The notes under the pieces were generated by a model, which worked only from the letters and a program-made list of their open reading frames with translations, was not told where the DNA came from and ran no database searches. A stretch of DNA of 63,973 nt, filler included, from Octopus bimaculoides (taxonomy: Eukaryota), in NCBI RefSeq assembly GCF_001194135.2. It is 7 parts of 6 records of this genome, joined end to end, with 100 filler letters (N's around TTAATTAATTAA, not from the genome) between each part and the next. Parts side by side here need not be neighbours in the genome. Positions count along the whole stretch, not along the records: positions 52,339 to 57,076 come from NC_068986.1; positions 57,177 to 60,953 come from NW_026302209.1; positions 61,054 to 62,845 come from NC_068981.1; positions 62,946 to 63,973 come from NW_026310793.1; 3 more parts are not named here. One strand, written 5' to 3'. The translations under genes and the position numbers were made by a program. Positions 55,088 to 63,973 of this stretch are shown here, piece by piece. The number at the start of each line of letters is the position of its first letter. The stretch's first letter is position 1.

Positions 55088-55585
55088 ATGTGCACAACTG
55101 GGCCCTCCTCAAGACACCCACTACCGCCCATTTCTAACTGCTATTCTTCCTTGACACCACTTTTCTTAATACCCAGAATCATTTCACTTGTTATCCATTG
55201 TTCTGATCTCCACCCATGCTTTCACATATCATCCACCTCAACTGTGTGTCAAAATTATCTCTCCTCCTCCACCACCATATGTTTCACCCTCCTCAGACAC
55301 TGCACCTGCCTCTCTGTCTCTCTCTTTTCCATGGCAACCATGGCACCCCCCCCCCCAGCTTGTTATTTCTCTTTTGTCTACCTGTTTACTATACTATTAT
55401 TTTTATTCTGCTGTCCTGCATGAAAAATGCACCCAGTACATGCGGTTGACATTAGGAAAGCCATACAGCTGAAGAAATCATGCCAAACAGACACTGAAGC
55501 ACAATGCAGTCCTTGGGCCTGTCAAATCCTGTCAAACCATCCAACTCATACTAGCATAGAACATGATGTTGAATGATGATATATA

Positions 55586-57033
55586 CAGAGAGTAAAGGGT
55601 ATTTAAGGACACTAAATTATCAGTATATTACTCTCTTCAAACCATTTAAAAGATTTTATTTCTTTCAAGTCCTACATGAAAGATAAAATGCTAATGCAAG
55701 AAATGAAAAGAGTATGCAGTCAATTTTTCCACGTGTGGAATATTGCAATTTAGAAATTGCCAACTTTCTAAATATTGGTTTCAAATTTTGGTATGGAGCC
55801 AGCAACTTCAAGGGAGAGACTAAGTTGGTTACTTCAGCTTCAGCAATCAATTATTACTTATTTTATTGACACTGAAAGGATGAAAGGCAAGGTTGGCCTC
55901 AGCAGAATTTGAACTCTGAATGTAAAAATAGACAAAATACTGCTAAGCAATTTGCCTGGTGTGCTAATGATTCTACCAGCTAGCTATCTTAAACTTTCTA
56001 AATATTGCAAGATCTTTTGTTCTCAAAATTCTGATGGAATTGGAAACCTATGGTAGGAATGTTTCAACTGTACCAAAGAGAGAAAAACATATTTTAAATA
56101 TTTGGAGACTATAAAACACTGCAAGTCATCCAACAGGTCCAAAACATTATTGCTGATCTCAGAAAATCAATGAAGGTCATTGCCAAAGTACTTTTGGTAT
56201 CAGAGTGGACTATCAGAGCTGTGTTGCATGAGGACATATGTATGGAAGAGTGGCCAATTCATGTCTTCAAAGACACAGGAACACTGTTTGATACATGCCA
56301 AGTGGTTACTTAACAGGGTTAAAAGACCACATGAACATGGCATGCTTTGGTTCTTTTCTGATGAGAAAACCTTTGACCAAGACCAAAAGTCTAACAAGAG
56401 AAATGACAGTTGGTTATGTGCAGATCTATCTGATATCCTCAGCAATGCACACTAAGTTTCCAGCAACTGTGTTGGTTTTAAGAGTGGTGAGTAATGAAGG
56501 TCATATCATACCGCCTCATATCTTTCTACAAGGTCTTAGAATTAATACTGCTGGTTACATTGTGCTGGACACAGCTGTTAAGCCCTAGAGGTATGAAGTA
56601 CATAGTGGAAGACCATACATATTTCAACAAGACCCAATACCTTCACAGCAAAGCATAAGTAATCAAATCGTGTAACATCAAAGTTGTGACCTCCAAATTT
56701 GCTAGATTTGAAACCCTTGGACAACTATATTTGGAGCGTTGTTGAAAGGGAGACTAATTGATATCTTCACAACACCATAGTTTCATTGAAGATTGCCATT
56801 GTCCAGATTATGTTTGACATAAATAAGGATCAATTAGTGCAGGCATGTCAACGATTCCAGTCTTGCATTGAGGCAGTCATTGCTGAAGGCAGTCATTGTT
56901 GAAGGCAGATTCATAGAATAATCTTATAAGAAAATGTATCAAAATGTGCACAAACTGTTGTTAAAATACATTTGGTTTTCACTAAAATAGTTGTTTTATT
57001 AAATTACCAAATATGTCCTTGAAACCCACTCAC

Positions 57034-57039
<6 letters not shown>
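55586..57039 (+). mobile_element. Tc1/mariner (maT/DD37D-like) transposon, decayed
   Basis: Transposase motifs WFFSDEK.FDQDQK.N.RND.WL, TKFPATV.VL.VVSNEGH..PPH.F, GRPYIFQQD and PLD.YIWSVVERETN, broken by frameshifts. Degenerate terminal repeats: TAcagagagtaaagggtatttaaggaca on the left versus revcomp TAtagggtgtgagtgggtttcaaggaca on the right. Confidence 0.85.
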
Positions 57040-57074
<35 letters not shown>

Positions 57075-57415
57075 TTNNNNNNNNNNNNNNNNNNNNNNNN
57101 NNNNNNNNNNNNNNNNNNNNTTAATTAATTAANNNNNNNNNNNNNNNNNNNNNNNNNNNNNNNNNNNNNNNNNNNNTAAATATATATATATATATATATA
57201 CATATCGTGCTTTCCGTTAGGCATAAGGACATTAACATGCAGTTTGGGAACTCAGTTTATGATATATAAGGAAGTGGTGGAGTTGTTCAGAGCGTAATAC
57301 CGGTTAATGGATGACAAAAGTGTTAGGTAATCAGCTGTTTGTGCTATAAGAAGTAATGTACTTGGAGGCTGAGTGCTTGCACATCATCCTATAGCTTTAT
57401 ACATACATATATGGA

Positions 57416-57448
<33 letters not shown>

Positions 57449-57707
57449 TATATATATATATATACATATATACATACATACATATATATATATAAATATA
57501 TAGCTGAAATTTATAGAAAAATAAAAGAGGAAGACAGTGTATGAGCATCAACCAAGTGTATTAGTTTGACGCTCGGGAAAAATGGGAAAACCTTTTACAT
57601 TTCGAGCCTACACACTTTAACACAAAGGAATAAGAGAAAATAAACAGTGAGAGAATGAAAAAAACTTGTAGATTTCAGCGGTGCAGCATGGCGATATATA
57701 TATTGGT

Positions 57708-57750
<43 letters not shown>

Positions 57751-58767
57751 NNNNNNNNNNNNNNNNNNNNNNNNNNNNNNNNNNNNNNNNNNNNNNNNNN
57801 NNNNNNNNNNNNNNNNNNNNNNNNNNNNNNNNNNNNNNNNNNNNNNNNNNNNNNNNNNNNNNNNNNNNNNNNNNNNNNNNNNNNNNNNNNNNNNNNNNNN
57901 NNNNNNNNNNNNNNNNNNNNNNNNNNNNNNNNNNNNNNNNNNNNNNNNNNNNNNNNNNNNNNNNNNNNNNNNNNNNNNNNNNNNNNNNNNNNNNNNNNNN
58001 NNNNNNNNNNNNNNNNNNNNNNNNNNNNNNNNNNNNNNNNNNNNNNNNNNNNNNNNNNNNNNNNNNNNNNNNNNNNNNNNNNNNNNNNNNNNNNNNNNNN
58101 NNNNNNNNNNNNNNNNNNNNNNNNNNNNNNNNNNNNNNNNNNNNNNNNNNNNNNNNNNNNNNNNNNNNNNNNNNNNNNNNNNNNNNNNNNNNNNNNNNNN
58201 NNNNNNNNNNNNNNNNNNNNNNNNNNNNNNNNNNNNNNNNNNNNNNNNNNNNNNNNNNNNNNNNNNNNNNNNNNNNNNNNNNNNNNNNNNNNNNNNNNNN
58301 NNNNNNNNNNNNNNNNNNNNNNNNNNNNNNNNNNNNNNNNNNNNNNNNNNNNNNNNNNNNNNNNNNNNNNNNNNNNNNNNNNNNNNNNNNNNNNNNNNNN
58401 NNNNNNNNNNNNNNNNNNNNNNNNNNNNNNNNNNNNNNNNNNNNNNNNNNNNNNNNNNNNNNNNNNNNNNNNNNNNNNNNNNNNNNNNNNNNNNNNNNNN
58501 NNNNNNNNNNNNNNNNNNNNNNNNNNNNNNNNNNNNNNNNNNNNNNNNNNNNNNNNNNNNNNNNNNNNNNNNNNNNNNNNNNNNNNNNNNNNNNNNNNNN
58601 NNNNNNNNNNNNNNNNNNNNNNNNNNNNNNNNNNNNNNNNNNNNNCTGCGAAGAATAATTAAAAGACTGCTTTATGTTTTGATGACTCTGGTTAGCTTTC
58701 CGCCTGTTTGCTTTACAGAGATCTCCATCAACTCTAGTCATCATGCTTCCTTTCACGTAATGCTCTC

Positions 58768-59126
58768 TCTTTACTCTTTTACTTTTTCCGTCATTTGACT
58801 GCGGCCATGCTGGAGCACCGACCCCATGATTTTTCTGTCAGTCTCTTTTGCCGAACCGCTAAGTTAAACACACCAGCATCGGTTGTCAAGCAATGTTGGG
58901 AGGGGGGATACACACAGACACACAAATATATACACACACATACATATATATATATATATACATATATACGACGGGCTTCTTTCAGTTTCCGTCTATCAAA
59001 TAACTCACAAGGCTTTGGTCGGCCCGCGGCTATAGTAGAAGACACTTGCCCAAGGTTTCACGCTGTGGGACTGAACCCAGAACCATGTGGTCGGTAAGCA
59101 AGCTACTTACCACACAGCCACTCCTG
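58768..59126 (-). mobile_element. SINE family A, near full-length
   Basis: Reverse complement of 61957-62359 with internal deletions. Confidence 0.82.
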
Positions 59127-59303
59127 ATCTTTAATTGTTTCACTTTTCTTTAAGCTTATTAGTACACATATCTCACCTGATACACTTCCAAACTCACAAT
59201 TCAATGCTCACATTAATATATGTGTTAATTTCTATTCTCCCGACACGAATCAATGTCCATTTCACACTTGCTCAACTGGTATATTATATATTGCTGGTTA
59301 CAC

Positions 59304-59387
<84 letters not shown>

Positions 59388-60792
59388 ATAATGTAAGTAT
59401 GCATGTGCATTCATCATCATCATCACCGTCAGACAATTAGAAAATATGATATGATTTGAACATATTTTTAGAGNNNNNNNNNNNNNNNNNNNNNNNNNNN
59501 NNNNNNNNNNNNNNNNNNNNNNNNNNNNNNNNNNNNNNNNNNNNNNNNNNNNNNNNNNNNNNNNNNNNNNNNNNNNNNNNNNNNNNNNNNNNNNNNNNNN
59601 NNNNNNNNNNNNNNNNNNNNNNNNNNNNNNNNNNNNNNNNNNNNNNNNNNNNNNNNNNNNNNNNNNNNNNNNNNNNNNNNNNNNNNNNNNNNNNNNNNNN
59701 NNNNNNNNNNNNNNNNNNNNNNNNNNNNNNNNNNNNNNNNNNNNNNNNNNNNNNNNNNNNNNNNNNNNNNNNNNNNNNNNNNNNNNNNNNNNNNNNNNNN
59801 NNNNNNNNNNNNNNNNNNNNNNNNNNNNNNNNNNNNNNNNNNNNNNNNNNNNNNNNNNNNNNNNNNNNNNNNNNNNNNNNNNNNNNNNNNNNNNNNNNNN
59901 NNNNNNNNNNNNNNNNNNNNNNNNNNNNNNNNNNNNNNNNNNNNNNNNNNNNNNNNNNNNNNNNNNNNNNNNNNNNNNNNNNNNNNNNNNNNNNNNNNNN
60001 NNNNNNNNNNNNNNNNNNNNNNNNNNNNNNNNNNNNNNNNNNNNNNNNNNNNNNNNNNNNNNNNNNNNNNNNNNNNNNNNNNNNNNNNNNNNNNNNNNNN
60101 NNNNNNNNNNNNNNNNNNNNNNNNNNNNNNNNNNNNNNNNNNNNNNNNNNNNNNNNNNNNNNNNNNNNNNNNNNNNNNNNNNNNNNNNNNNNNNNNNNNN
60201 NNNNNNNNNNNNNNNNNNNNNNNNNNNNNNNNNNNNNNNNNNNNNNNNNNNNNNNNNNNNNNNNNNNNNNNNNNNNNNNNNNNNNNNNNNNNNNNNNNNN
60301 NNNNNNNNNNNNNNNNNNNNNNNNNNNNNNNNNNNNNNNNNNNNNNNNNNNNNNNNNNNNNNNNNNNNNNNNNNNNNNNNNNNNNNNNNNNNNNNNNNNN
60401 NNNNNNNNNNNNNNNNNNNNNNNNNNNNNGGGCAATATTCTCGATGTTGCATGTCTCGTTTCTCTGTTTCTTTCGTTGTTCAAAAAAGGTTCGTTTTCTG
60501 TCTTCGTCCTTATGTTTTCGTTTCTCATTGTGTTTAACGCTTTTTTGTGACGTCCTGTACCCATATATGCATGTATGTATACATATAGATGTAGGTATGT
60601 ACATATATTTATACATTATTTATATTATATTGTAATATATATATATATATATATATACATACACACATACAAATAATATATACATAATTAGGATAAAATC
60701 ATTATTTAACAATTTATCAGTGGCCATTATCACCATATTAACCATTTATCAATGGTTAATTTATATTCAAATTATAAGGGTGTTGAATGATT

Positions 60793-60953
60793 ACAACACC
60801 AGTCTGCTAGAAATGGACCCCAAATAACCTATGAACCACTTAGATAATTACTCCACTACACATGGCTGTATAAAATTACTTTATAAATCCTCGCTGTCTA
60901 TTTTCCTCGCCTCATAGATCATTTGGGGTCTATTTCTTGCAGACTGGTGATGT
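60793..60953. mobile_element. MITE-like element with ~42-bp inverted termini
   Basis: ACAACACCAGTCTGCTAGAAATGGACCCCAAATAACCTATGA versus revcomp of the right end ACATCACCAGTCTGCAAGAAATAGACCCCAAATGATCTATGA. The right end abuts a gap. Confidence 0.65.
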
Positions 60954-61485
60954 NNNNNNNNNNNNNNNNNNNNNNNNNNNNNNNNNNNNNNNNNNNNTTA
61001 ATTAATTAANNNNNNNNNNNNNNNNNNNNNNNNNNNNNNNNNNNNNNNNNNNNAGATCTCTGACTACTACATTTATATTTTTTCTCTCCTTATTTCTCTC
61101 CTTGTTTTTTTCTGTGTTTTCTTTTCAGTTGAAGAGTGTAAGCTCAAAACGTTAAAGAGTTTCTCTATTCTCGAGCGTTATACTAATACATCCATTTGTT
61201 GTTTACACCACCTGTCTTCGTGTGTTGTTTCTTTCGGAAATTCTCCCATATATATATACATATATACATACACATATATATATATACATCATTGTAGCTG
61301 GGGACTACTGAAAATGTTGCAAGTCGCAACAAAAATTTTAGTAAAACTAATAAGTAAATGAGTGGAAATCGGTGTGTTGAATTAATAAGGCACTAAAAGA
61401 GAATGACTCTCCCCAGACACCATAAAATATGCTTCAACACACGAATTCACATAAAGAATCTTGTAAACAACATACAAAAACAAAA

Positions 61486-61876
61486 GAGTGGCTGTGTGGT
61501 AAGTAGCTTGCTTACCAACCACATGGTTCCAGGTTCAGTCCCACTGCGTGATGCCTTGAGTAAGTGTCTTCTACTATAGCTTCGGGCCAACCAAAGTCTT
61601 GTGAGTGGATTTGGTACACGGAAACTTAAAGAAGCCTGTTCTGTATATATGTGTGCATGTGTGTGTGTATGTGTGTTTCTGTGTGTCTTTGTCTCCTCAA
61701 CATCACTTGACAACCAATGCTGGTGTGTTTATGTCCTTGTAGCTTAGTGGTTCAGCAAAAGAGAACCAATAGAATAAGTACTAGGCTTACAAAGAATAAG
61801 TCCTGGGGTTGATTCGCTCGACTAAGGGTGGTACTCCAGCATGGCCACAGTCAAATGGCTGAAACAAGTAAAAGAA
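61486..61876 (+). mobile_element. SINE family A, full-length
   Basis: Colinear with 61957-62359, more diverged, about 80 bp upstream of it. Confidence 0.85.
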
Positions 61877-61956
61877 TATATATATAATCAAAAAACCCAA
61901 GGGGAGAGTGGAGATTTATTCACATCCAAAACTTTTTATCAAAAGGTTTTCTACAG

Positions 61957-62359
61957 GTGCAGGAGTGGCTGTGTGGTAAGTAACTTGCTTACCAACCACA
62001 TGGTTCTGGGTTCAGTCCCACTGCGTGGCATCTTAGGCAAGTGTCTTCTACTATAGCCTCGGGTCGACCAAAGCCTTGTGAGTGGATTTGGTAGATGGAA
62101 ACTGAAAGAAGCACGTCGTATATATGTATATGTGTGTGTGTGTGTGTGTGTCTGTGTCTGTGTTTGTCCCCCTAGCATTGCTTGACAACCGATGCTGGTG
62201 TGTTTACATCCCCGTCACTTAGCGGTTCGGCAAAAGGGACCGATAGAATAAGTACTAAGCTTAAAAAGAATAAGTCCCAGGGTCGATTTGCTCGACTAAA
62301 GGCGGTGCTCCAGCATGGCCGTTAGTCAAATGACTGAAACAAGTAAAAGAGTAAAAGAG
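61957..62359 (+). mobile_element. SINE family A, full-length (tRNA-like head, central TA/TG microsatellite, (GTAAAAGA)n tail)
   Basis: GGAGTGGCTGTGTGGTAAG (A-box-like)...GGTTCAGTCCC (B-box-like)...GGCGGTGCTCCAGCATGGCC...AAGTAAAAGAGTAAAAGAG. Further partial copies near 6890-7090, 7925-8075, 9745-9930, 10780-10945, 25830-25975, 29870-30060, 30165-30450, 32720-32850, 43283-43460 and 62485-62610. Confidence 0.88.
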
Positions 62360-62616
62360 TACAGCATATATAACAATGACCAACATATGTTTCTGCTGCA
62401 GCAACTGTACATTTTTCTGTATGCAATTATGCATCCTAATTGCTGCAATTTCATCAAGTGTCCATCACTTACAGCATTTCTTTTACTTGTTTCAGTCATT
62501 AGAAAAGCTGGGTACTTATTCTATTGGTCTCTTTTGCTGAACCACAAAGTTACAGGGACATAAACTTACCAACACCAGTTGTCAAGTAGTCGTAGAGGAC
62601 AAACACATACACAAAG

Positions 62617-62645
<29 letters not shown>

Positions 62646-62647
<2 letters not shown>

Positions 62648-62845
62648 CAGGGTTGGCCAAAAGTCACCTGTCAGTAAATCAAAACCTATTTAATTCCAAG
62701 AGTAAAACAAAAAATTATTTTATATGAAACTTCACTAATAAATAGACAAATGTTGAAAAAAAACGGTGATTTTAACTCACAGCATTCAATTAATAAACAT
62801 TCATAACTGGAATGAATGAATAAAATTGAATATTTATGGAATTTT
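62646..62845. mobile_element. Possible Tc1/mariner terminal fragment
   Basis: TA|CAGGGTTGGCCAAAAGTCAC resembles mariner-type termini; the sequence runs into a gap and no partner end is visible. Confidence 0.35.
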
Positions 62846-62946
62846 NNNNNNNNNNNNNNNNNNNNNNNNNNNNNNNNNNNNNNNNNNNNTTAATTAATTA
62901 ANNNNNNNNNNNNNNNNNNNNNNNNNNNNNNNNNNNNNNNNNNNNC

Positions 62947-63790
62947 ATGACATTAAATTCTGGTCGTCATGAGCTTGAAGCTGATCAAGGCCAAAGTTTA
63001 TTCCGGTTTCTATGACCTGCAAGCGACGAAGATTGGTATTTAGGCTGTGTGTTACATATCCCAGGGCCACAATATTTACATGCATAAACCTGAACTTGTA
63101 ATCTGGATAGAGTAACTGCAGATTTCTCAATAGTTCATCATAGGTGTTCTCTTTTTGCCTGATCTTCAGCTTCATGTTAACATCCGCTGGGCTGCTAATT
63201 TCCACAACTGTTCACAGTTTCTCTTCTCTTTCCCAGATCATTATATCAGGTCTGTTATGCTTACATCTTATTGAGATCTTCACTGGCACATTGCACCAGT
63301 ATTTCTTTTTATAATGAGTGGTAATGGCTTCTACCATATTGTGGGTTCTTATTTCTTTGTCTTCGGGATTATCCTTCCGACGGATTTCATTACAACATCA
63401 TGTCTCATCGGTAATTAATTCCCTGATGAAATTTTCGGACAACTGCTTATGATGTAAGTGATATCTTCAGTGTGAACTCTACAAAGTTTGTATCGGTTGT
63501 CACATTTTACAGCTTTCATTGCATCTCTATCTCTTTTGTGCATCAGGTACTTGGTTGATATTTCATGTTCTTGAATTGTAAACGCATGCCCATCAAAGCT
63601 GGGGCTAGTAATCCGGCTATTGGTCCTTGATAAACTGCTTTGATGATCAATGTTACTATCATCACGGAGCTTTCTACTAACAGCTTCTTGTACCAATATC
63701 CAACAATCAAGTCTCTTCCAGGGGCTTTTCCATCCTGGAGTTTCTGGACCACAGATGCAAGAATTTCACCATCAATATTGTATGTCTTGG
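62947..63790 (-). mobile_element. Non-LTR retrotransposon with restriction-like endonuclease (R2/R4/NeSL-type), internally deleted
   Basis: KAPGRD.IVGYWYKKL (pre-RT) is joined directly to IQEHEISTKY..DNRYKLCRVHTEDITYIISSCP (CCHC-like knuckle), then NRPDI..EISSPAD.N..K..KENTYDEL (PD-(D/E)xK type). The RT core is missing. Confidence 0.78.
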
Positions 63791-63973
63791 ATGTAACGCA
63801 GGCGCAATAACTTTAGTTGGTCAAGCAGCAGTATAGAAGTCCTTTAGTTCGCTCGTGATGATGATGATGATGATGATGATGATCATGGTCATGATCATAG
63901 TCGTTGTTTAGTTCTAGGTCAGTCCTGATCAAAGGCGATCATATCGGTGGCTGTTATTTCTATTTGGCACAAT

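Noticed and set aside
61957-62030. tRNA-like A/B boxes in SINE heads as tRNA genes
   Set aside because: No complete cloverleaf; each continues into a SINE body.

Overview
AT-rich eukaryotic genomic DNA, dense in microsatellites and SINEs, with many N gaps. The repeat content suggests a coleoid cephalopod, probably Octopus (inference). Nearly all ORFs in the supplied track are microsatellite or gap artefacts. One host gene is supported: the last three coding exons (26642-26517, 25332-25146, 21877-21765, minus strand) of a divergent Cdc20/Fizzy-family WD40 APC/C co-activator. The exons splice in frame through GT-AG junctions and end in the Ile-Arg tail. The D-box receptor Glu is kept, but three KEN-box receptor positions are substituted. 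I could not find the upstream exons. The rest is mobile-element debris: three tRNA-head SINE families, two CR1-like LINE fragments, an RLE-type LINE, a maT/mariner copy, a Chapaev-like transposase remnant carrying a 48-bp micro-inversion, a complete 91-bp mini-Helitron, several short inverted-repeat elements and a ~465-bp nested foldback. A minimal hammerhead-ribozyme fold lies in an intron of the Cdc20-like gene, on the antisense strand. All family assignments come from recalled motifs, not database searches.
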